This document shows positions 23,380 through 34,261 of a stretch of DNA of 64,000 nucleotides, piece by piece. Position 1 is the stretch's first letter. Every line of letters starts with the position of its first letter. The translations under genes were made by a program, and so were the position numbers. The stretch is taken from positions 124,001-188,000 of the forward strand of contig JAWMAR010000478.1 of assembly GCA_036785375.1 (NCBI GenBank), read 5' to 3'. The notes beneath the pieces were generated by a model, which saw only the letters and a list, made by a program, of their open reading frames with translations, was not told where the DNA came from and did not search any database. Source of the DNA: Leucoraja ocellata. Lineage: Eukaryota.

Positions 23380-23700
23380 AGTCCACGACGTGGACAGCTC
23401 GAGGCCTCGGCGCACTGTCCGAGACAACCGGGGGGGGGGGGGGGGGCGCAGGCGCGTTGACGTTCATGGAGAGCCCCGCCCTCCGTCAACGTCAGCCAAA
23501 GCGAGGATGGCGAGAGACTCGCGACGTCTTTTGGCGCCTTTTCCCGCCGAGGGCTCGAGCTGCCCACGTGACCCGCGCTCTGGTTGGAGCCGCTCAGCTC
23601 ACGTGAGTCGTCGCCAACGGCCGGGGGTGGGGAGGGGGCGGGGCTGTAAATGTATAGAGGGCGGGAGAGAGAGAGAGAGACGGCGATTAGGCGGGAGGTG
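23380..23700. promoter_or_regulatory. CpG-island-like, probably bidirectional promoter
   Basis: Dense CpG; GC boxes; E2F-type TTTTGGCGCC, TTTTCCCGCC and GGCGGGA; two CACGTG E-boxes; plus-strand donor CAC|GTGAGT at ~23602. Confidence 0.65.
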
Positions 23701-24200
23701 GAGTTTAGTGAGGTGGGAGGTTTAGCTGAGGCGAGGTTTAGGTTTAGTTCAGGAGAAGTGTAGTTGAGGTGAAGTTTAGTTGTGAGGGATTAGGGTTAGT
23801 GAGGTCAAGTTTAGTTGGTTTAGGTGTGAGGTGAAATATAATAGTGAGGTGTGTTTAGTTGGGTGATGTTTAGTGAGGAAAGTTTTAGCGAGGGGTGAGG
23901 TTTAGTTGAGGTGAGGTTTAGTTTAGTTGAGGTGTGAGGTTTATCTGGGGCGAGGTTTAGTCGAGGTGAGGTTTAGTCGAGGTGAGGTTTAGTCGAGGTG
24001 AGGTTCGAAGCGAGGAGTTTAGTTGTAGCGAGGTTTAGGTGTGAGGAGTAGTTTGGTAGCGAGGTGTGAGGTTTAGTCGATGTGAGGTTTAGTTGAAGCT
24101 AGGGGTTTAATCAAAGCAAGATTTAGCGAGGTGTGAAATTTAGCTGATGTGAGGTTTAGTTGAAGTGACGTTTGGTCGAGGTGGTTGAGGGGTTTAGTTC
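23700..24200. repeat. Degenerate ~16-bp tandem repeat (GTGAGGTTTAGTCGAG)
   Basis: Repeated GAGGTTTAGT motifs, with perfect copies around 23950-24000. Confidence 0.85.
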
Positions 24201-24465
24201 TTAAGCCCTTTGCTCCTCTAGGGAGCATCGGCCATTGACAAGTGTCCTCCACCTCACTCGGTTGTTGGTAGTTCTTTCGAGATCTCCCCAGTTGAGCCCA
24301 CTCTCAGACATTTGTCTGTTCCTGGGGCGACCGCTTTTCCTTTTTCCTTGGAGGTTCCATTTCAGGGCTTGCCGGGTGATGTTTGTGGCAGGTTTCCTGA
24401 GGGTGTGTCCAATCCAACTCCATTTTCTCCTTCAATGCTTCACTCCCTCCTCTTCCTGTCCAGAG
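24198..24465 (-). mobile_element. RTE-clade LINE 3' fragment
   Basis: [44 protein letters not shown]. Confidence 0.8.
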
Positions 24466-25408
24466 TAGATAAGGTAGCGATGTTACAAAACCTACCTTCA
24501 GCGGCGATAGTGGATGACCAGCCATGATCACAATGAATGGCGGTGTTGGCTCGAAGGGCCGAATGGCCTCCTGCATCTATTTTCTAAGATGCCGGATAAA
24601 TGTCCTCTCAAGGGCCTGGGAATGGGGAAAATGCTGCTGCTCCTTCTCAGACCATCACAATCCCAGGAACTGGTGTCAGTGAGGAGTGGATGAGTTCCCT
24701 GGGCTCTGGAGTGGATCACTGACATTAATATTGAACTGGGAGGCCATTCAGATCATCTCCCTCATCCCCCTAGATGTCTTTCTCTATCTGACAACTTTCC
24801 CCAGCTGTGAGGAAAGAATATTAACCTGAAACATTCACTCAATTTCTACCTCCACAGATGCTGCCTGGCTTGCTGATTATCTCCTATTCTATCTCCGACA
24901 ACTTATTATTTTTTACAATAGTAGGTTTGCAGCAGCCCCTGGGTGCTTCAGTGTGGGGGAAGCCCATGATATTCACTGTATTCATTGCCAGAAATATAGA
25001 CACTGATGTCTGTTGGCTGGAAGCTGCAATCTTGAATCTTGACAGGCAACATTTAGGGTCTGGACCTTTCCGGCAGATCAAGCCTGACCTGTACCCTGAA
25101 TGCAGTTTCCTCTCTTACTGTGATACGGTTTATTACTTCTTGGAATCATTAATATTTTGATCTTACTGGAATGCAATTAACAACTGATTTATTTCAACCC
25201 TAGAAAACAACTCACTATATTCTGAGCGAAGAAATATCTAATTTCTATCCTGAAGAAGTTACCCTTTATTTTAAGCTGTTGACACTTTATACTGGAATTG
25301 TCCTGTATTAAATAAACAAATGATATTTTAAAATCAGTTTTGGAATTAATATCTGATTATTTCAGATTATGCACCAAAGCGTATCAGGTACAATGTTTGT
25401 TTTTCCAG

Positions 25409-25532
25409 GATGTTGACGTTCAAAGACATTGCTGGCTATTTTTCCATGGAAAAGTTTGAAGAAATAAGTGACTGGGTGAAGGTCCGTTATAAGAACATGA
25501 AGCAGAATTATGAAGCCGTGCTTGCCATTGGG
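25409..25532 (+). pseudogene. PRDM9/SSX-type ancestral KRAB exon
   Basis: Acceptor TTTGTTTTTCCAG; TFKDIAGYFSMEKFEEISDWVKVRYKNMKQNYEAVLAIG matches the PRDM9 KRAB pattern FKDIxxYFxxExWxExxxWEKxRYxNxKxNYxAxxxIG. No SSXRD or SET exons recognised downstream. Confidence 0.8.
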
Positions 25533-26128
25533 GTTTGTGGAAAATATTACTTCCCTTTTATTTGCTTTTTTTTAATGATACATGCTGATATGAGTTTTTT
25601 TTCTCCTACATGATATCTAAATGCTTTCTGAGACCAGGTCCTTCAATTTCACTCCACTGGTTTACTTTGAGAATGTGTCTGAGGCCGGCCGGCTTCACCC
25701 TCAGCAACGCTGCATTGATGCACACGCGGCTCATGCAAGCGGTTTCCCCAGTCTGTGTACGATGCGCTTGTGACGTGGACCCTGCTCCTCCATCCACTGT
25801 GAGGTTCCCATGGTAGGCGAGGAAACCGTGTGTGTGTGTGGGACCCCGGTGAGTGTGGGCGGAAGGGAGAGCGAGGTCAATGTCAGGAAATGGGGGCGAG
25901 ACGCAAGGAACTGCTGATGCAGGATTACAAATCAACACAGCACTGGAGTAATTCAGTGGGTCAGGCAGCATTTGTGGAGGACATGGATAGGCCACGTTTC
26001 GAGTCGGCACTCTGTGAGGAGGGACTGTTGTGAGGGTCAGAGGGTAGGAGGGTCTGAGTTGTGATGGACGAGGGTTTGAGGGGAAGTCAGGAGGGACTGA
26101 GGGATGGTGAGGCAGGGTAAGGAGTGAA

Positions 26129-26482
26129 CAAGTCAAGTCAAGTTTATTTGTCACATACACATGCTAGATGTGCAGTGAAATTAAAGTGGCAATGCTCGCG
26201 GACTTTTGTGCAAAAGACAAACAACCAAACAAACTATAAACACAATCATAACACACATATTCTTTTACATAATATATAATGGAAGGAAAAACGTTCAGTA
26301 GAGTTAGTTCCTGGTGAGATAGGCGTTTACAGTCCGAATGGCCTCTGGGAAGAAACTCCTTCTCAACCTCTCCGTTCTGACCGCATGGCAACGGAGGCAT
26401 TTGCCTGAACGTAGCAGCTGGAACAGTCCGTTGCAGGGGTGGAAGGGCTCATGATATTGTTGGCTCTGGAGTTGCACCTCCT
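26129..26482 (-). mobile_element. Rex1-type LINE 3' fragment with (CTTGA)n tail
   Basis: RRCNSRANNIM..HPCNGLFQLLRSG..RTERLRRSFFPEAI. Confidence 0.75.
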
Positions 26483-26714
26483 ATTCCTCTCACAGAACAG
26501 CGCTTCCTCATCATCCCTTCCGCAACACGGAACTCCTTCACCCCCTCCACCCACAGTGTAGGTCTCCCTCCTCACTCTCCCTAATACAATGCAGCATTCC
26601 CTGCTCACCACCTCTACCAAAGCACAGTTCTCCCTCCTCACCGCCCCTGGCGGGAACACATGCATTCTCGCCCGATGGACAGACCGAGAGAGGACCAGAA
26701 AGAAGTCAGAGTTT

Positions 26715-27010
26715 TCGTTTTAGTTTAATCACAGATACAATGTGGAAACAGGAACCGGGTCCCCGCAGACCAGCGATCACCTTTACATTAGTTCTATCCT
26801 ACACACTAGGGACAATTTACAGTGGCCAATTAATCTGTAAACCTGTCTGTCTATTGAATATGGGAGGAAACCAGAGCACCCGGAGAAAACACACACGGTC
26901 ACAGAGAGAACGTGTCAACACAATACAGACAGCACCCATAGGCAGAATCTAACTTGGGTCCCTGGCGTTGTAAGGCAGCAACTCTACCGCTGTGCCACCA
27001 TGCCGTCCTT
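26715..27010 (-). mobile_element. HE1-type V-SINE
   Basis: Same head and core as 18063-18352. Confidence 0.8.
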
Positions 27011-27419
27011 GCGATCCCCCTGTCACAGGTTCAAGGAAGACTGAGCCACTAGGCCAAACCCGAGACCACCTGCAATGGTCAGGTATGGACTGCTGGAAAG
27101 AAGCCTATACAAGGCTTCAACCTCAGGCTTATAGAGTGGCCTTGGCAAGCCTGAGGTGCCAGTGATTCTTCTGGCCCACAGACAACGACGGACTGTACCC
27201 ACACACATACACATAGGCATAGACTGCCCGACAGGATAATCGAGAGACTGCAATCATCACTTCTTCAAGCCCAAAGGTTGAGCTGCCAGGAAGAAACCTG
27301 CACTGCCAGCACTGCTTATGGCAAAGGTGGACTGCAGAAAGAAGCCTGAGGTCGCCACAACTCCTCCTTTGTAGATCACAGGAATAAGATGTTGGGACAA
27401 GCCCGAGATCACCAGCATC

Positions 27420-27626
27420 TTGCCTAACAGCGCCAGAGACCCAGGTTCAATCTCGACTATAGGTGCTTGTCTGTACGGAGTTTGTACGTGTGTGTGTGTG
27501 TGTTTCCCCGAGATCTTATGTTTCCTCCCACACTCCAAAGAGGTACAGTTTGTTGGTTAATTGGCTTTGTATAAATGTAAATTGTCCCCAGTGTGTGCTG
27601 CAAAGTTTCTGCGCTGTTTCTCTAAA
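27420..27626 (+). mobile_element. HE1-type V-SINE, partial
   Basis: CAGCGCCAGAGACCCAGGTTCAATC B-box region and TTTCCTCCCACACTCCAAAG core. Confidence 0.75.
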
Positions 27627-28179
27627 GTGCCTTCATCCTCCCAAAGTGCGCACCTCACACTTGCTCGGATTAAACTCCGTCTGCCATTTCTCCGCCCATT
27701 TCTGCATCTGATTTTCATCCCAACGTATCTTCCGACAGCTTACTCACTGTCTGCAACTCCTCCACACTTGGTGTCGTCAGCAAACTCACTCAGCCACACA
27801 GTGGCGGACGGGGTCTAAAAATATTGGTTGTCAGGAGACAAAGGGGACCCACCCACAACTACAATGCTATCATTTAATTTTCATAATGAAGAAATAACAT
27901 TTTCAAAAAATACATATGGAAAAAAGGGTACAATTAAAATGTTTGTGGAAAAAATGTGTATTTCTTAGTAATTACAGTGTACATGTACTGTACATATTAC
28001 TGGCAGTCGATACCAAATGTAAATACAGAATGTTATAATTGAATTCTTTATTTACTTGTTTACATTAAGTAATTGGTTGATATTTTTAAATAGTTTACTG
28101 CACAATTTACACATTAACATAGTTCAAAAGCACAATGGAGCATTGCATGGTCCACTATATTAAGAGCAATCGTTTGTGT

Positions 28180-29736
28180 TCGCAGATGATTGTGCGAATC
28201 TGCCAATAATTGCTTCTGCATCCAATTCATCTAACAATTCCTTTTCAATGGATAGCAACATGTATGATTCAACATTCTCCTCAGACAGCGAATTTCTTAA
28301 CCTTGTCTATATGATCTTTAGGTTTGAAAATGTCCTCTCACATTGGATTGAGTAACTGATAGTGTGCAGATGACTTTATAAAGTTCATAAAGGTTATCAT
28401 ATGCCTTGTTATGAAGTCTGTTGGATGCCAGAATTTTTAGAACACCGATGGGCAAGTGCTGCAAATTTTACAATTGTTGCAACTGGAATCCATATTCTCA
28501 CCATCATTAAGCAATAGCTTTAATACATCAAAGTTTGAAGCAAAAGAAAACAATTCCAATATTACTTGATCTTTGCTGATTTGCGGAAACAGCTTAATAA
28601 TACCTTCCAATGCTTCATCTTCAAGGCCCTTCTCTGCAATAGTTTTAAACTTTGCTGGGTCCAAGCAGGACAAATCTTTATACAACTGTTTGTGTTGTAG
28701 AAAGCGTGATTCTAGTGACTGGACAATGCGATCCATTATTGGGTTAAACACATTTACCCCAAAATCAGCGAGAGAATCTGAGGAATTTCTTTCATCATCA
28801 ATAAGCTCCTCTGCCATTCTTTTCTTCTTCCTCTGCCTCTTAATTGGCAATGCTGTTTCCAATGCATCAATTTCCAATGTGTGATTTTCATCCATATTCA
28901 TCTGTGAAATCCTGTAATTACACTTATTTACAAATTCCAAAGCCTTGCTGTGAACGTTATCAAATGTTCTTGTCTGTTCCTTCAAGTCTGTTGTAGCTGA
29001 ATCTAGCAAACTCCATGCTGTAAAAATATCTAAACCACTTGTCTGTAGATAACTTGACAACAGGGTTGTAGTTTCAAATATATACAAGTAAGTAAATGCT
29101 GTCAATATGGTTTCAAACTTTAGAAGACTTTGAAGTAAAACATTTGCTTCATGTTTTGTTTTTGCATCAAACTTTTCTGAATCTTGTATCATTGATAATA
29201 AGCATGTCAATAGATTTACGAAAGTACTGGCAGCGGCATCATCAAAACGTCCAAATATAGTTGTTGCTGCATTGGATTTTCCTGACCATCTGGTCTCACC
29301 AATTAGCTTTAATCGTTTCATTTTTTCTTGTCCTAGATGTTTTCCACCAACTTCTATCCATACAGCCATTCTCTTGTATGATGCTTTCATAAAAGTTGCT
29401 ATATTCTGGAGCAAATTGAAAAAAGAAACTGCAGGCACACAACATTTTGTTGTTTCAGTTATCACCAAATTCAAGACATGGGCATAGGACCACATATGAA
29501 CATGTTGATCAGCCACATCAGCAATTTTACTTTGTAATCCATTATACTGGCCATGGTAGCTTGCAGCGCCATCTGTGCTATCGGATAAACATTTTTGGGG
29601 GGCGATTTTAAGATGCTGTAATGTTTCAATCAATAGATCAAAAAGTCCCTGTCCTGTACCATCATTACTTGGCACAACTGAAGGTAGTCGCTCACAGATA
29701 ATACCTTTAAGCACATACCGAATAATAATGCTACTG
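28180..29736 (-). pseudogene. hAT transposase catalytic and dimerisation part
   Basis: ORF 28437-29762 plus a frameshifted C-terminus. The N-terminal part lies at ~34290-34880 and ~36560-36950. Confidence 0.88.
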
Positions 29737-30767
29737 ATCACTGATGATGTGTTCAGGAGCATCTATTGATGTATTTGTATCAATCACTGTGCTGGCGAAA
29801 CCAGTGGCGACCAGGAATAGACTGGTTGACAACCAAGAATAGGGTGGTGACGACTGGAGAGACAGTGGACAGCTCGGAAAGACGGTAACCGGGGTGGGGC
29901 GGGTTGGCAGCCCAAACCGCATCCTCTGAGAGGAGGAGACCCAAATCACGCTACAGAAAACACATGGAAAAATACCCCCACGGTGCCCGAAAGGGGGGGA
30001 GGATGAGCACCTCTATTGGATGGATCAAAGGTTCACGACTAATGGCAATGGACAACCGACTATGAGTATCAAATGCAGATGTGGTAAGGTTTGCAAGAAC
30101 AGCGGAGGCCTGAAGATTCACCAGACCCGGATGAAGTGTTTGGATGGACAGGGAGTGTCACAACGCACAGGTATTTTACCTGGTGAGACGCAGGAGGAGC
30201 CAGGCCCGGAATCACCCCATAGAGCCCGAAGCCTCCAAGTGGCGCAACTAGTCCCTCGGAACAGTTCTTCGGAGGGAGAAGGTTCGAGTCAGATGGCCTC
30301 AGGCCTGCAAGACGGCAGTCTGGCATCAGTTCGACGAGGACGTCGACAAGGTGCTGGAAGCAACTGCGAAAGGAGACATGGACCAAAGGCTGCGGTCGAT
30401 GACAACAATCGTCATCAGCCTAGCTGTGGAAAGGTTTGGAGAAGTGGAGAAGAAGCCGTCCTGAACACCTTTCACCATGAACCAACGAGCAACGAAGATC
30501 CACAAGATCCGGCAGGAGCTGAAGTCCCTCAAGAAGCAGTATGAAGAGGCCAGGGAAGAGCAACGTCCCCCTTGGCTGAGCTGTGAACCATCCTGAGGAA
30601 GAAGCTGATGACCCTCCGTAGGGCTGAGTGGCACCGAAGATGCCGGAAGGAAAGAGCCAGGAAGCGAGCATCCTTCATAGCCAACCCCTTCGGCTTCACC
30701 AAACAACTACTCGGGCAGAAGCGCAGTGGGAGTTTGGCTTGCCCTAAGGAGGAGATCGACCGGCACC

Positions 30768-31635
30768 GGTAGGCGGCGCGGCTCTGGCCAGCAGCGGCCT
30801 CTGCAGCCTGTCCGCGTTTTTATTATTTTTTGTCTGTGTTTTTATGTAGTTTTTGTTATTTTATGTTGGGGTGTGTGTGTGGGGGGGCGGGGGTGGGGTG
30901 GGAGGGGGGGGAAACTTTTGAATCTCTCCCTGCACTGGAGACCCGACCTTTTCTCGTCGGGTCTCAGGTGTCGTTGAGGCCGCAACGAGGAGCGGCCTCC
31001 AACGGGAAGAAGCCGGGGACTCTGGTGCCGACTCACCGTTGCCGTCGCGGAGCTGGCCGACACCGGAGCGGGTGGAGCGGTGGTGGAGCGCTGCTGTTGC
31101 TGCTGCCGATGCCGCTGCTACTGCTGAGTCGGAGGCTGCTACTGCGGGTCTGCGGACGGCTCGGACGACCCCGCGCGGCTCCCTGGAGGGAGACCGCTTT
31201 TCGGGGCTCCTGCAACGGCGAATTCTCCCGCCCGAGTTGCGGGGTCGAAGAGCTCCTAGAGCGGGGCCTAACACCATTGCCCCGCGCGGCTGGAACGGCC
31301 GCGGGACTTTGCGAGCACACACCGGGGGCTCCAACACCAAGACCCGGTGTGCGACCTCGCACCACCCGGCGTGGCTTCAATGGCCACGGGACAATCGCCA
31401 TCGCCAGCCGGGGGCTTTGACTTTGACTCTGACATGGGGGGGGGGGGGGGAGAGTGCAGTGGAGAGATAAGTTTTTTTGGCCTTCCATCACAGTTATGTG
31501 ATGGATGTTTATGTAAAATGTAATTATGTTGTGTCTGGGGTCTATTTGTGTGTAATGTATGGCTGCAGAAACGGCATTTCGTTTGGACCTCCAGGGGTCC
31601 AAATGACAATTAAATTGACTCTTGACTCTTGACTC
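30768..31635 (+). mobile_element. GC-rich non-coding SINE-like retroelement with (TTGACTC)n tail, inserted in the HERO ORF
   Basis: Splits EEIDRH/LLTTYSDP. Its 3' end CATTTCGTT..AAATGACAATTAAATTGACTC resembles the Rex1-type tail at ~57080-57128. Confidence 0.75.
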
Positions 31636-34192
31636 TCTTGACGACCTACAGTGACCCTATCAGGCAGCAGGAGCTGGGCCAATGCAACATCCTGATAAAA
31701 CCACCTCCACCCATCAAGGAGTTTGATAGTAGAGAGCCACTCCTGAAAGAGGTCCAGGACGTTGTGAAGAGAACAAGAGCTGGCTCAGCCCGTGGCCCGA
31801 GCGGAGTCCCCTACAGGGTCAACAAGAACTGCCCCTTGTTACTGAAACTGCTGTGGAAGATCCTGAAAGACATCTGGAGGAGAGGAAAAGTGGCGCAGCA
31901 GTAGCGATTCGCTGAAGAAGTCTAGATCCTAAAGGAGGAAGATTCCTAAAAGATCGATCAGTTCAGAATCATCTCCTTGCTAAGTGTTGAAGGCAAGATT
32001 TTCTTCAGCATATAGCGTCGAGGCGGCTAACCAACTTCCTCTCCAGCAATGGCTACATCGACAGCTAAGTGCAAAAGGGAGGCTTATCTGGAGTGCCGGG
32101 GTGTCTAGAGCACACGGGAGTGGTGACCCAGCTCATCAGAGAAGCTAGGGAGAACAAGGGTGACATGACAGTGCTCTGGCTTGACCTGGCCAACGCCTAC
32201 GGCTCCATCCCGCACAAGCTGATCCAGACAGTCATGGCCAAGCATCATGTGCCGGGTCAAGTGGCAGATCTCATTCTGGACTATTACAACCAGTTCAACA
32301 TGAGAGTCTCATCAGGGTCAGTAACATCAGAGGGGCACAGATTGGAGGTTGGGATCATCACAGGCTGTACCATCTCTGTGATCCTTGTTGCCTTGGCGAT
32401 TAACATGATCGTCAAGTCTGCTGAGACAGAGTGCCGGGGCCCTCGGACCAAGTCAGGAATGCGCCAACCACCAATCAGAGCCTTCATGGCCAACCACTGA
32501 GTCAGTGCCAGGAGGCAGGTGGATCCTGCAGGGGTTGGGGAAACTGATTGGATGGGCAAGGATGAGGTTTAAGCCAGGAAAATCAAGGTCACTGGTGCTG
32601 AAGAAGGGCAAAGTCATGGACAGGTTCCGCTTCAACATCGAAGGGACACCAATCCCAACTGTCTCCGAAAGGCCCTGAAGAGTCTTGGAAAGGTGTTTAA
32701 CAGCAGCCTGAAGGATACAGCATCTGTCCAGGCAACCTGTCAGGAGCTGGTGAACTGGTTGAGAGCAGTGGACCGGTCGGGGCTTCCCGGCAAGTTCAAG
32801 GCATGAATTTACCAGCATGGTATCCTGCCAAGGATACTCTGGCCACTGCTTGTCTACGAAGTCCCAATATCCATTGTAGAGAGATTGGAGAGGAAGTCAG
32901 CAGCTTTTTCAGAAGGTGGCTGGGACTGCCCAGGAGCCTTAGCACCATCGCCCTTTACGGAAATAACACCAAGCTCCAACTGTCCCTGAAGTCCCTGGAG
33001 GAGGAGTTCAAGGTGACTCGGGCCAGAGAGGTGATGCTGTACAGGGACTCCAGCGACCCCAAGGTGGCTCAAGCAGGGGTGGAGGTGAAAACTGGGAGGA
33101 AGTGGAGAGCCGGCGAAGCCGTGCTGCAAGCAGAGTCCTGGATACGCCACAGAGTCCTGGTGGGAGCAGTGACTCGGGGAAGAGCTGGCCTGGGAATCTT
33201 CCCATCTCCCCAGTTTGACAAGGCCAAGGGGAAGGAGAGGCGCAGGCTGGTCCAGGAGGAAGTGAGGGCAGTGGTGGAGGAGGAGAGGTGTACCAGAGCA
33301 GTTGGATTGAGGCAGCAGGGAGCCTGGACAAGGTGGGAGCAGGCCATGGACCGAAAAGTCACATGGACTGAGCTCTGGCAGGCTGAACCACAGCGCATCA
33401 AGTTCCTGGTCCAGGCAGTGTATGATGTTCTGCCCAGCCCATCGAACCTCTTCATCTGGGGCAAAGCGGAATCTCCAGATTGCCCGCAATTCTCAGGCAA
33501 GGGGACGTTGGAACACATCCTGAGCTGTTGCCCAAAGGCTCTTGGGCAGGGCCGGTACACATGGCGTCACGACCAGGTTCTCAAACCCATTGCAGAAGCC
33601 ATCAGCATGGGAATCAGCAGCTGCAGACGAGAACGCCCCACCACCCAGATGATCACCTTCGCGAAGGCTGGAGTGCAGCTGCCAAGAACCACAGCAGCCA
33701 GGAATCCGTCAGGAATCCTGGCGACTGCGCAGGGCTGGCAGCTTTCCGTAGACCTGGTGAAACAGCTGAAGTTCCCACAGCACATTGCCATGACCACCCT
33801 GAGGCCAGATATCCTCCTGGTCTCAGAGGCGACCAAAAACATCGTCTTGTTGGACCTGACAGTGCCGTGTGAGGACCGTCTGGAGGAGGCCCACGAGAAG
33901 AAGATGGCCAAATATGAAGAACTGGTCATAGACTGCCGCAAGCAGGGCTGGAAGGCAAGGTGTATGCCCATCGAGGTTGGCTGCAGAGGTTTTGCAGGGC
34001 AATCGCTCTACAAAGCCTTGAGTGCACTGGGCATAAACGGAGTGGCAAGGAGAAGGCCCATCAAGAACACCACAGAGGCAGCGGAGAAGGCCTCGAGATG
34101 GCTCTGGATCAGGAGAGGAGGTCTATGGGGAGGAGCGAATGCCACCTGAACACGTCGTGGTCTGATCAACCACGGCTGGGTCGCCTGGGTGA

Positions 34193-34261
34193 GGGTGTCT
34201 GATGTTGAAAGACCTGAAACACCCAATGACCCCAGGTTACATCACTGATGATGTGTTCAGG
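34193..34261 (+). ncRNA. Candidate strand-permuted hammerhead ribozyme in the HERO 3' UTR
   Basis: GGGTG-TC-TGATGT ... GAAA-CACCC ... ACATCA-CTGATGA. Helices I and III are perfect 6-bp; helix II is weak in this copy. Confidence 0.45.

Noticed and set aside
23700-24200. Interstitial telomere
   Set aside because: TTAGGG appears only sporadically; the periodicity is ~16 bp.
27025-27420. PRDM9 SSXRD or linker exon
   Set aside because: Acceptor-like site present, but no convincing LRERK..Y.E...P.DDD motif in any frame; stops present.
28437-29762. Host ZMYM1 gene
   Set aside because: Lies within TIRs, is interrupted by retroelements, has frameshifts and stops, and the CxxH Cys is lost; a dead transposase.
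29737-29785. 49-bp repeat as a target-site duplication or true LTR
   Set aside because: The host hAT frame lacks this sequence; there are no TG..CA ends or PBS, and the element is RLE non-LTR type.
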